Below, one piece after another: positions 47,444-56,465 of a DNA stretch of 64,000 nucleotides. Position 1 is the first letter of the stretch. Every line of letters begins with the position of its first letter. Source of the stretch: Vulcanimicrobiota bacterium (GTDB lineage: Bacteria; Vulcanimicrobiota; Xenobia; Xenobiales; JADMJV01); the NCBI GenBank assembly GCA_050250895.1, contig JBFWNU010000001.1, positions 712,008 through 776,007 on the forward strand, in the 5' to 3' direction. Below the pieces are notes generated by a model. It ran no database searches and was not told where the DNA came from. It was given only the letters and a program-made list of their open reading frames with translations. A program made the position numbers and the translations under genes.

Positions 47444-50400
47444 TCACGACAAGCCATCCAGGGCTTTCCGGGCCTCGCTATTGTTGGGCTCGAGTTCTAA
47501 CAGCCTTTCGAGCGACGCCCGGGCCCCGGAGACATCCCCCGCCTCACGCTGAAACTTGGCCAGGCGCAACCACTCGCGGGGGGTGTCTGGCACCAATTCC
47601 AGAAAGCGTTGCTGGGACCTGATGGCGGCCTGAAGGTCACCCGCCTGGTGGTGCGCGAAGGCGTCTCCCAGGATGGCAAAAGGCTGGTAAGGATTGATCT
47701 CGAGAGCCTTGTCAATGACCCGGCGACCGGCCTCATGCTGACCCAGGTTCAAATGGCCCTGCCCCAAAAAGGCCAGGGCGAGCGCGTCCTGGGGATCGGC
47801 CTCGAAGGCGGCTCGGAAGGCTCCGACGGACTCGCTCGCCTGCCCCAGGCGATAATAGCATTCACCGACTCTCATCCAGAGGCGATGCTCAGAGCCGGGT
47901 AGCGGCCGGTAGAGTGCCACCCGGAACAGGTCGACAGCCTTGGCAAAGTTCCCCTGAGAATACTCCAATTCGCCCCACATGGCGGCGGCCAGGGGGTGAC
48001 CCGGACTGCGCTTGAGGACGTCGCGGTAACAAACCCGAGCCATCTGCAGAGCCTCGACCTTAGGAACATCGGTCCGCTGTTCGTTGCAAAGACCCCGGGC
48101 CACCAGCACATCGTCAAGATCTTCGTTCAACTCGTTGAGAGTGGCTAATGCTCGCGGAACGTTGAACAGTTGGGCCTCGGCCATGGCGGCTTTGGCCAGT
48201 CGCTCGGGTGTCGCCTCGATCCCGGGGGGCAGGCTTCCCTGAGCCAACGACTCGATGAAGCGATAGTTGCGAGTCCAGAGGTCGCGAGAGTAGAGGCTCA
48301 GGGGAGCCGAGAACTCGAGCAGGGGCCGATTGTCGGTATTGAGCGGCGCGTCTTTGACCCGAGGCCAGACCTGATCGCGGCTACAAAGGTAGAAGCCCCA
48401 CAAAACATCGGGCGTGAAGACACCCATCTCGTAAAACTCGCGCTGGTGTTCAGGGTCCGCATCGATATACTGGCGAATACGCGAGGCGTCGATGATGAAC
48501 GGCTTGCGGCTGCCGAGCAGAATCAGGTCACCTCCGTCAGACTGCCACACCTGCCCTTCGGGGAACACATCATAGAAGCTGTGAAGGACCATCTGAATGT
48601 CGTCGGTGTTGACGGCATAGAGATTGAACCATTGGCACATGATCCCATCGGGATTGAGCCGATCCAGGGCGCGAAAATAGAAGTCGCGGGTGAACAGGTT
48701 GCCGACTCCTGCGATCCAGGGGTTGGACGGCTCGCTGATGAGCACGTCGAACTTCTGCTCGGCTCCCAACACGAAAGTCCGTCCGTCGGTCAGATGGACC
48801 TCAACCCGAGGGTCTTCGAGCACCCGACCGTTGTGGGGCTTCCAATACTCTCCCACCTGATAGACGGCTGGCTCGAGTTCAGCGCAGATGATCTGCTCGA
48901 CTCCAGGGCAGGCCGCGACCGCCTGCAAGGTAAACCCGGCCCCCAGGCCGATGACACCGACACGTTTTGGGGCGGGATGGAACAACGTGGGAAGATAGCC
49001 CAGAAAATATTGGGTTCGTTCGTCGCGCGAGCCGGTCGAAGCGTCGGTTTTGCCGTTCACCCTCAGTGAGAGAGTCTCGAAGAAACCGCTAGAAAAGGTC
49101 AGGGTGACGGTGGCGCTCAAACCGTCCACGAAGACGGCCGGGTCGGGGAAGCGCAACTCGCGCTTGTCGGCGGGGTCGAGAAAGGCCTCGGGATGCACAG
49201 CCACGCCCGCTCCCATCACTCCGGTGCTCCATCCCGGCACATTCCAGGCCAACAGCGCCAAAAAAGGAATAGCCACTGCCGCGGGCCAGCGCACTCGGCT
49301 GGGCTCGAGTAGAACCATCAGGAGGGCGCAACCCAGGTAGATCAGAGTGGCTATCTGCAGCGACCATTGTGCCCCCACCTGAGGAATGATCACAAACCCC
49401 GTGATGAATGCTCCCATGATACAGCCCAGAGTGTTGGCGGAGTAAACGTCTCCGACGCTCCGTCCCAGACGCCCGAGGCCCCCCGCATAGACCGCGGTAG
49501 CCAGGGGAAACCCCAACCCCATCAGGAAGGTGGGCGGACCCAACACCAGAAAAGACAGGGCCACATCCACCGTCAACACCCCGACGAAGCTCTCGCCGCC
49601 CAACATGGTCAGGGCTTTGATAAAGAGTCGTGGCAGATAACCGAGCGTGGGAATGGTCAGACCCCCGCCCACCGCGATCAAAAGGTAGAGAACGCCTAGA
49701 TGATACGCGCGCGGCGTGCCTCGCCGAGCTAGACTCGCGTAAACCAGGCTGCCCAGTCCCAGTCCAGTCAGGAAGCACACCAGAATCGTCGAAAAGGCAT
49801 AGATGGATGAACCCAACGAGAGGGCCAGGGCTCGATTCCAGCCCACCTGGTAACTCATCGAAGCGATGCCCGCCAGGCAGAAGGTGAAGGGTACGGCCAG
49901 GCCCTTTAGCGCGAAGCGCTCTTCTCCGACGGTGGTTGCCGTCTGGTCGTCGGCCTCGCCTTGAACCGTGTTTTCCTGGCTGACGACCACCGCCCCGTAG
50001 CCGATCAGGAGATTGACCAGCGCGGTCAGCAACATCGACGGAATCAGACCCAGGACCGGAAGCAACACGAAGCCCCCCAGTCCCGCCCCCAGCACGGCCC
50101 CGAGCGTGTTAAGGCCATAGAGCCTCGAGAGAACGCGACCCAGGTCCTGGCGCTGCTGGACCAGCAAGCGAGTCAGGAGCGGTACGGTCGCTCCCATGGC
50201 CGTGGTCGGTGGCACCAGCACCAGAGCCGCCCCGAAAAAGCAGGCGACATGCAGCGGTGTGCCGTCCACGCCGGAACTGGCCAGGGCCACATAGCCCTTT
50301 TCGACCAGACCCAGCAAGGGCAAAGTCAAAAAGGCCCAGCCTCCGACGAAGGCTTCAAGCCAACCGTAGTAGGCCAGAAAACGAGAGGCAGGCACCTGGC

Positions 50401-50623
50401 CCGAGCGCGAGTCCGACCACCGGCCGGCCGCCATACTGCCCAGGGCCAGGCCGGCCATGAAGGCCGTTAGCACGGTCGAAACCGCCAAGACCGTATGCCC
50501 ATAGGTCAGGGTCAAGCGTCGGGTCCACAAGACCTGATAGATCAAGCCGGTAGCACCCGAGAAAAAGAAAAACAGCTGCGACCAGGCCAGCAAAGTGGTC
50601 AAGCGAGAGGAGGGTCGAGCCAT
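47444..50623 (-). CDS. Fused multi-TM / spermidine-synthase-like SAM-dependent domain protein with C-terminal TPRs
   Basis: FFFSGATGLIYQVLWTR TM repeats, NGKTDAS, VIGLGAG, ELEPAV, DGR, DVLISEPSNPW; TPR tail. Confidence 0.88.
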   Translation of the reverse strand: MARPSSRLTTLLAWSQLFFFFSGATGLIYQVLWTRRLTLTYGHTVLAVSTVLTAFMAGLALGSMAAGRWSDSRSGQVPASRFLAYYGWLEAFVGGWAFLTLPLLGLVEKGYVALASSGVDGTPLHVACFFGAALVLVPPTTAMGATVPLLTRLLVQQRQDLGRVLSRLYGLNTLGAVLGAGLGGFVLLPVLGLIPSMLLTALVNLLIGYGAVVVSQENTVQGEADDQTATTVGEERFALKGLAVPFTFCLAGIASMSYQVGWNRALALSLGSSIYAFSTILVCFLTGLGLGSLVYASLARRGTPRAYHLGVLYLLIAVGGGLTIPTLGYLPRLFIKALTMLGGESFVGVLTVDVALSFLVLGPPTFLMGLGFPLATAVYAGGLGRLGRSVGDVYSANTLGCIMGAFITGFVIIPQVGAQWSLQIATLIYLGCALLMVLLEPSRVRWPAAVAIPFLALLAWNVPGWSTGVMGAGVAVHPEAFLDPADKRELRFPDPAVFVDGLSATVTLTFSSGFFETLSLRVNGKTDASTGSRDERTQYFLGYLPTLFHPAPKRVGVIGLGAGFTLQAVAACPGVEQIICAELEPAVYQVGEYWKPHNGRVLEDPRVEVHLTDGRTFVLGAEQKFDVLISEPSNPWIAGVGNLFTRDFYFRALDRLNPDGIMCQWFNLYAVNTDDIQMVLHSFYDVFPEGQVWQSDGGDLILLGSRKPFIIDASRIRQYIDADPEHQREFYEMGVFTPDVLWGFYLCSRDQVWPRVKDAPLNTDNRPLLEFSAPLSLYSRDLWTRNYRFIESLAQGSLPPGIEATPERLAKAAMAEAQLFNVPRALATLNELNEDLDDVLVARGLCNEQRTDVPKVEALQMARVCYRDVLKRSPGHPLAAAMWGELEYSQGNFAKAVDLFRVALYRPLPGSEHRLWMRVGECYYRLGQASESVGAFRAAFEADPQDALALAFLGQGHLNLGQHEAGRRVIDKALEINPYQPFAILGDAFAHHQAGDLQAAIRSQQRFLELVPDTPREWLRLAKFQREAGDVSGARASLERLLELEPNNSEARKALDGLS

Positions 50624-50708
50624 GCTGGGTGGACAATTCCAGCAACCCCGGTCTCTCCCTCTTCCTGCCGCGGGTGACAGATCGACAGTAGCGTGCTATG
50701 ATGCTCGA

Positions 50709-51284
50709 ATGAAAAGGCTAATGATCCTGGTGGTCATGTTCTGGTTGACCGGATGCGGCGTGTTTCGGGTTGCGGTTCCCACCCTGCTTGACCGCGATCC
50801 TGGATTCACGTTCACCCTACCGCGCGACTTCGCCAGCGACGCCAGCGGCAAGAACAACGAGACGGAGGGGGCCTGGTCGGATTCGGCCCAGAACGGCAGA
50901 ATTCTCATCAGAACGATTCGCCTCAACCCTCCTCAGCAAGACATCGCCGCTCAGACCAAGCTCTACGGCGAGCAATATCTGGTCCAGATCGAGAAGAACC
51001 CCGACTTCACCGATACGGTCGTCGACAAGCACGGCGTGATCAAGCTTGCCGACCACGACGCCTACGAATATATCTACACGGCTAAAAAGGCTCAGGCCCG
51101 CTGGCGCCGTCGCATCATCGCGGTGAGCCCCTACGATCCCGCTTTGATGGTCGACATGGAGCTGAGTGCCCTGGCCGGAACCCAGGATAAGTATGAATCT
51201 CCCTTCGACGATATGCTAGACTCTTGGAAGTGGGTCGACAAGAAAGGCGCTTCGGAAGAGGCGGGCAGCACCGAGAAGAAGTAG
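50709..51284 (+). CDS. Hypothetical lipoprotein (PsbP-like)
   Basis: MKRLMILVVMFWLTGC lipobox; GFTFTLP...FDDMLDSWKW pattern. Confidence 0.7.
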   Translation: MKRLMILVVMFWLTGCGVFRVAVPTLLDRDPGFTFTLPRDFASDASGKNNETEGAWSDSAQNGRILIRTIRLNPPQQDIAAQTKLYGEQYLVQIEKNPDFTDTVVDKHGVIKLADHDAYEYIYTAKKAQARWRRRIIAVSPYDPALMVDMELSALAGTQDKYESPFDDMLDSWKWVDKKGASEEAGSTEKK

Positions 51285-51290
51285 GTTCGC

Positions 51291-52031
51291 GTGAATAAGG
51301 GTACGACCATACTGTTGGTGGCGTTCCTGATGCTCAACACCGGGTTTATCGCTTATCAGATCGGCTACCGGAATGGCCAGGCAACCGGCCCGGCGGTGGC
51401 TGCCTCGCCCGCGGCCCCGGCTTCGCCCCAGGGAACCACCCGCTTGACGCTGACCCCGGCGACCTTGCAATTGGGCAAGCTTCACCAGAATCAAAAGCTC
51501 GAAAGCAAAGTCGTCTATAAGAATGAGGGCCAGCAAACACTGGCTATCACCCAGGTGGACACAAACTGCGGCTGCACTATCCCCGACCTGCCCAAGAAGG
51601 TGTTGGCGCCTGGCGAGTCGGGCGAAATGACGGTCAAATTCGATGCCGGCATGATCCCGGGCCCCTTTGAAAAGCTGGTGACTATCAGCTATAACGGTGA
51701 GCCACCCCAACTCGAACTAAAACTCGTCGGAGAAGTCGAGCCCGTGGTGGCCGTGATGCCCGGCATCGTCAAACTCGGCGTGGGCCAGAGCAAGACTTTT
51801 CAGATGATCGGGACGACTCTCGATACCCGTTTCAAGATCGAAAAGATCGAGACCGGAGTCGAAGGCCTCGAGGTCAAAGTCACTCGCAAGATCGGGGACA
51901 ACGCCTACGAACTGACAGCCTCGGTGACCAAACCCCTTCCCAAACTCGAGCAGACCAATGCCTTCAAGATTGAAATCTACACCGACCTGGCCGAAATGGG
52001 GCCATTTCCCTTCTTCGTGATGCCCCAATGA
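51291..52031 (+). CDS. DUF1573 domain protein
   Basis: N-terminal anchor; KNEG...L.I..V.TNCGCT...LAPGESG motif. Confidence 0.82.
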   Translation: MNKGTTILLVAFLMLNTGFIAYQIGYRNGQATGPAVAASPAAPASPQGTTRLTLTPATLQLGKLHQNQKLESKVVYKNEGQQTLAITQVDTNCGCTIPDLPKKVLAPGESGEMTVKFDAGMIPGPFEKLVTISYNGEPPQLELKLVGEVEPVVAVMPGIVKLGVGQSKTFQMIGTTLDTRFKIEKIETGVEGLEVKVTRKIGDNAYELTASVTKPLPKLEQTNAFKIEIYTDLAEMGPFPFFVMPQ

Positions 52032-52480
52032 TCACGGCTCTACGTGCCTTCTTCCTAATCAACGTCGCCTGTGCGCTGGCTTTTGCCAGCTATGCCACAG
52101 GCCTGAGTAAAGTCACCCTTTTCCAACCGGTCCTGCCTCCGCCCCAGAGCGAATTCGAGAACCTCTCCGTCCAACAAGCACGGCAAATCCAACAAGACCA
52201 GCCCGAGGTCCTCTTTGTGGATGCACGTTCGCGTCCGGGCTATGACTTCAATCACTTGCCTGGCGCCATTTCCTTGCCCGTGGCGAGCACGGTGGATAAC
52301 ACCAATCTGGAGCGCCTGCGTCGGGCCCCCCTGGTCGTAGTCTATTGCGACAGCTCCCATTGTGGGGCCGCCCTCAAACTCGCCCAGAAATTGAGCCAAA
52401 TGGGTCTGGGTCCCATCAAGGTCATGGAAGACGGAATGGAAGGCTGGTTGCAGTCTGGCCTGCCCACAGAAAAATCCTGA
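52028..52480 (+). CDS. Membrane-anchored rhodanese-like protein
   Basis: FVDARS...HLPGAISLP, VVYCDSSHC, DGMEGW. Confidence 0.88.
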   Translation: MITALRAFFLINVACALAFASYATGLSKVTLFQPVLPPPQSEFENLSVQQARQIQQDQPEVLFVDARSRPGYDFNHLPGAISLPVASTVDNTNLERLRRAPLVVVYCDSSHCGAALKLAQKLSQMGLGPIKVMEDGMEGWLQSGLPTEKS

Positions 52481-52486
52481 GCGGGC

Positions 52487-52515
52487 TTGCAGGGCGATGT
52501 TTCTTCGGCTATCCT
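52487..52515 (+). promoter_or_regulatory. Putative sigma70 promoter of the pilV/pilW-like genes
   Basis: TTGCAG-17 nt-TATCCT, ending 7 nt before ATG 52523. Confidence 0.5.
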
Positions 52516-52522
52516 CATGGAG

Positions 52523-53035
52523 ATGAGCACTCCAGCACGCAGACAAAAAGGTTTTTCACTTGTCGAGGTCATGATTGCGATGGCAGTCATCCTCATCGGC
52601 ATCGCGGGCGTGGTCGGTTCTCTCACCTTCGGACTCAGGGCTAGCAGCCATGGCGAGATGCTCACCGACGCATCGAACCACGCGCGCATGCTCATCGAGT
52701 GCATGGTGGGCAGAGACTACATCTCGCGGGCCACTGCCCTCACGCCGAAGAGCGGGAGCGCAGCCGGAAACTGGCCTACCGCCGCCAGTGGCCTCAACGA
52801 CGCGGGTCCGGTCGCTCTTGACGCCCCGCCTTTCGACGAGAATCCGGATATTTATCTCGATACTGCCACCCTCCATGAGTTCACGCGGCAGGTCACCTGT
52901 GAGCGACGCGGAAGCGCCTCTGGCGACCCCGATGAATTCTTGGCCAACGTGACGGTCCGAATCTTCTGGGAAGAGAAAGGAGTGCAAAAAAGTGTTACGA
53001 TGTCAGCCGTCATCCCGCATACCCTCGAAATCTAG
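52523..53035 (+). CDS. PilV-like minor pilin
   Basis: RRQKG|FSLVEVMIAM class III signal; C-terminal VTVRIFW. Start is 52517 or 52523. Confidence 0.85.
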   Translation: MSTPARRQKGFSLVEVMIAMAVILIGIAGVVGSLTFGLRASSHGEMLTDASNHARMLIECMVGRDYISRATALTPKSGSAAGNWPTAASGLNDAGPVALDAPPFDENPDIYLDTATLHEFTRQVTCERRGSASGDPDEFLANVTVRIFWEEKGVQKSVTMSAVIPHTLEI

Positions 53036-53732
53036 GCGGGGTTTCACCCTTATCGAGCTTGGCATCGTCGCTGCCATTCTCTCTATTCTTGGCCTAGTTC
53101 TGGTGGTTACGTTCTCCAAGTCCAATTCGGCCATCTCGCTGGGCACTGCCAAGATCGAAAGTGACTCCACCGCACGCATCGCCGTAGACCGCATTTCGCC
53201 GCTGGTCACTGCCGCTACCGAGATCATTCAAAACTCTACCGGCGGTTCGAGCCAGTTGCTGCGCTCTGGTAGCACAGCCCTGTTTTATCGCGAGTTGATT
53301 TTCAGCACCACCGAAGATTTCCTCGACCCTACCTACAACGCCGTGACCTGGGGAACCACGCACTTTAATCCGCTAGCCCCCCAGTCCTACAGCTATGTCA
53401 TCTACTTTTTCGACCCGGGCGACCCCACCTATCTCAACAACAACGCGCCCGACGCGAACCCCGGCGAGATCCGTCTGATGCGCAACGACGCCACCTTTGC
53501 AGCCAACAAGGACCAACTGGTTCCGGCCGTGCCGTTTAGAAGGTTGGCGGGTACCAATATCGATGATCCCACCGGAGCCGGCATCACCGACTTCCGTTGT
53601 CGGCGACTGCTGAGTAACGCTGCCGAGGTGATCATCGACACCCGTTCCTTCGTCAAGCGGGATAACGGCAACACCGAACGCCGGTTGTCTACCTTTGCAA
53701 CCATCGTCCAGGCACCGGCGGAAAGCTACTAA
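52992..53732 (+). CDS. PilW/GspJ-like minor pilin
   Basis: SRRG|FTLIELGIVAAIL class III signal. Confidence 0.85.
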   Translation: MLRCQPSSRIPSKSRRGFTLIELGIVAAILSILGLVLVVTFSKSNSAISLGTAKIESDSTARIAVDRISPLVTAATEIIQNSTGGSSQLLRSGSTALFYRELIFSTTEDFLDPTYNAVTWGTTHFNPLAPQSYSYVIYFFDPGDPTYLNNNAPDANPGEIRLMRNDATFAANKDQLVPAVPFRRLAGTNIDDPTGAGITDFRCRRLLSNAAEVIIDTRSFVKRDNGNTERRLSTFATIVQAPAESY

Positions 53733-53753
53733 CAAACGCGCTGCCATAAGCTG

Positions 53754-53781
53754 AAAAGGCCGGCTCATCGCCGGCCTTTTT
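53754..53781 (+). terminator. Intrinsic terminator
   Basis: AAAAGGCCGGC-TCATC-GCCGGCCTTTTT. Confidence 0.88.
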
Positions 53782-53812
53782 CTTATGGGATCGTCACCCA
53801 GCCGGCCAAATA

Positions 53813-53883
53813 TCAACCCTGGGTATGATGACTCCGGACCAAAGAATCCTCTAACCTTTTAAGTGTCAGAAATCCATAAGGAG
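53813..53883 (+). promoter_or_regulatory. Conserved promoter region of PilX-like paralog 1
   Basis: TCAACCCTGGGTATGA, 23 nt, TAACCT, 7 nt, GTCAGAAAT, then AAGGAG. The layout is shared with 56389 and 59018. Confidence 0.6.
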
Positions 53884-53892
53884 TTTATTACA

Positions 53893-56304
53893 ATGAGGAT
53901 TTGGTCTGGGAAAGGATGGAAGCAACGCGGCAGCGTCTTGCTGCTGGCGTTGTTCTTTCTCTTTGCCTTGTTCCTGATGGCAGTCGCATTCTTCCGACTG
54001 CTGCCCACTGAATTGCACTCCGCGGCTCGCTCGAGCCGCGAAACCAAGGCCCACTATGCCGCCGACGCCGGCGCCCGAGACGCCGTCGGCTGGTTGAAAA
54101 CCAAGCCCGTGGCCGTACCCAACGCCGAAATCGATGCCTACAACACCTTACACGCCGATCCCACCAACGGAGGCGTCGATGGCTACTGGAGCTACACTTG
54201 CGAGATCACGCCCGTCGACCCCACTCGCGGTATCTACGAAATTCTTTCGACGGCACTCTACAACGGCCGTCCTATCCGCGAACTGCGGGCGGTGGTCCAA
54301 AACCAGTCGTTTGCAAAATACGCCCTCTGGTGGGACGACCAGGACACCAGCGAACTCGGCATCGTCTTTGCGATGAGTTCCAACGGCATCCAGGGCCCCG
54401 TTCACACCAACAGCTACTTCCGACTGGCCGCCGGCAGCACCGGTTTCTGGGATGACGGCGGCGGCTCGTGGGTCACCGGCATCAAAGACACCGCCGGCAA
54501 CCCCCTCGAGCCCGCCAAAATGACCTACGCCACCGCTTACGAGTCAGACAACCCCGACAATTCACTGGGCTTGGCGCCTGACGGAGTCCAGTACTACGGC
54601 GGCAACTATGCTGGCAACAACATCGACCTGACTCCGTATGATAGCTCCGGTCAACCGATCGCCGCGCGGTATGAACGCATCGTCGAGGGCGGCCGCGAAC
54701 GCATCAGCCAGGTCACGCCCATCGAAATGCCTGAAGAGAACACCGAACTACGCGTCAACGCCTGGGACCAGGTCGGCGGCGACACTTCTGACATGCCCGG
54801 CAGCAACGGCCTCTACGTCAATACCAACGGCAATCCCAACGAAGCCGGCGGTGACGTGGCTGGCGGCATCTACATCCGCGGCGACGCCGATGTGACCCTC
54901 AGTGTTACCTCTGGCAACGGAGACCACCAGAAAATCACGGCTCGCCAGGGCAACACCACTGTGCCTGGCCCCGACAGCACCGTCTGGCGTGCCGACATCC
55001 CCTATGCCAAACAATGGTATCAACCGCCCGACTACGAAGAGCCCACCTGGGAATGCACCTCGACCAAGACCGTCAACGGCGACCCCATTTACGGTCCCTG
55101 GTATGATTGCTCCTACACCAAGACCGGTCGCTACCCCGCCTGCGGAACCGAAATCGTCTACATCCCTGGTGAGGGCGGCGCCCTGACCCCCGTCGAACAG
55201 TATAAAATCTGCACCATCGACGTTCCCAAGAACTGCCACGACGTCATCGGCTACGAGCAGGTCGAGCAGTGCATCTGGGAAGTCACAGGTACTCACACCG
55301 TTCATCCCGACGGCTACTGGGTCGACGTTCCCCTCGATACCCCCGGAGCCACCATCGGCTTCCATAAGAACCAGGTCGTGGCTGCCGACTACACGCCCCC
55401 TCCGGGATACGAGACCTATACGGCCACTCCCACGGTCACCACCAGCACCATCACTATCCAGAACAACCAGTCGGCCGTCGAGGTCAACGGGGCACCCTAT
55501 CAGATTCCTATCGACTCGGACGGCGTCATGGTGAATGGCGTACTGGTTACCGACCCCACCGACCCCCGCCTGACTGTGGCCGACGGTAGCACCGTTTTCA
55601 TCGAGAACGACTCGACCAAGAACGGCGTCTACTATGGCGAGTTCACCATCATGGATGGTCGCACCAACGGTATTGTGTTCTCTGACGGCAATATCAAGAA
55701 GCTCCAGGGCACCAACAAAGGCGCCTACTACACCGACACTGCCGGCAACGAAGGCTATCACGGCCGCACCATCGCCGCCAACCTGGGCGCCAACAAGCGG
55801 GTTGAAATCTATGGCGACATCCTCCAATACTACAACGGTAGCGACCTAAACGCTTCGGGCGAACCGCTCAACGACGGCAACAACCGACTCGCGCCGGGCA
55901 ATCTGTCCCCAAATCCCGAGCACATCCTTGGTCTCATCGGCAAAGACATCGTCATCAACCCCAGCAAGGGTCACCACTCGAACTGGTACTCCGGCAACCG
56001 CGCCATCGATGTCTATGCCGTACTGATGGCCGGCAAGATGGTCGGGGGCGATGCCAAAGGCGGCTTCTACACCAACGGCGACCACCTCAAGAACGACGAC
56101 CACCTGGGCGAGTTCAACCTCTACGGAGGTCTGATCACCGCCAACCTCCTGCCGGTGCAGAAAGCCTACGCCGGGTCGAGTTATGCTAACGGCTTCAAGC
56201 AGGAGTTCAACTACGACTGGGTGGCAGCCCAGAACCTGCAGAACTTCCCGTCGACCAACACCTTCTCGGTTCTGCGCTACGTCCAAACCCACGTAGAGGG
56301 ATAA
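53893..56304 (+). CDS. Large PilX-like minor pilin / putative pilus tip adhesin, paralog 1
   Basis: KQRG|SVLLLALFFL class III signal without E5; AHYAADAG PilX-N motif; GPVHTN, ILGLIG and NYD motifs; six-Cys insert. Confidence 0.82.
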   Translation: MRIWSGKGWKQRGSVLLLALFFLFALFLMAVAFFRLLPTELHSAARSSRETKAHYAADAGARDAVGWLKTKPVAVPNAEIDAYNTLHADPTNGGVDGYWSYTCEITPVDPTRGIYEILSTALYNGRPIRELRAVVQNQSFAKYALWWDDQDTSELGIVFAMSSNGIQGPVHTNSYFRLAAGSTGFWDDGGGSWVTGIKDTAGNPLEPAKMTYATAYESDNPDNSLGLAPDGVQYYGGNYAGNNIDLTPYDSSGQPIAARYERIVEGGRERISQVTPIEMPEENTELRVNAWDQVGGDTSDMPGSNGLYVNTNGNPNEAGGDVAGGIYIRGDADVTLSVTSGNGDHQKITARQGNTTVPGPDSTVWRADIPYAKQWYQPPDYEEPTWECTSTKTVNGDPIYGPWYDCSYTKTGRYPACGTEIVYIPGEGGALTPVEQYKICTIDVPKNCHDVIGYEQVEQCIWEVTGTHTVHPDGYWVDVPLDTPGATIGFHKNQVVAADYTPPPGYETYTATPTVTTSTITIQNNQSAVEVNGAPYQIPIDSDGVMVNGVLVTDPTDPRLTVADGSTVFIENDSTKNGVYYGEFTIMDGRTNGIVFSDGNIKKLQGTNKGAYYTDTAGNEGYHGRTIAANLGANKRVEIYGDILQYYNGSDLNASGEPLNDGNNRLAPGNLSPNPEHILGLIGKDIVINPSKGHHSNWYSGNRAIDVYAVLMAGKMVGGDAKGGFYTNGDHLKNDDHLGEFNLYGGLITANLLPVQKAYAGSSYANGFKQEFNYDWVAAQNLQNFPSTNTFSVLRYVQTHVEG

Positions 56305-56335
56305 CCGCAAGAGTACCGTCATTTCTGACAACAAC

Positions 56336-56360
56336 AAGCCCCCAAAATGGGGGCTTTTTT
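56336..56360 (+). terminator. Intrinsic terminator
   Basis: AAGCCCCC-AAAAT-GGGGGCTTTTTT. Confidence 0.88.
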
Positions 56361-56388
56361 CTTACACTAGAGACGTCTCAAGAGGAAA

Positions 56389-56458
56389 TCATCCTAAGGT
56401 ATGACGACCAATTTTCTGACAAAGATTACTCTTAGCTAGTCAGAAATACCAGAGGAGG
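56389..56458 (+). promoter_or_regulatory. Conserved promoter region of PilX-like paralog 2
   Basis: TCATCCTAAGGTATGA, 22 nt, TACTCT, 6 nt, GTCAGAAAT, then GAGGAGG. Confidence 0.6.
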
Positions 56459-56465
56459 CTCTTAC

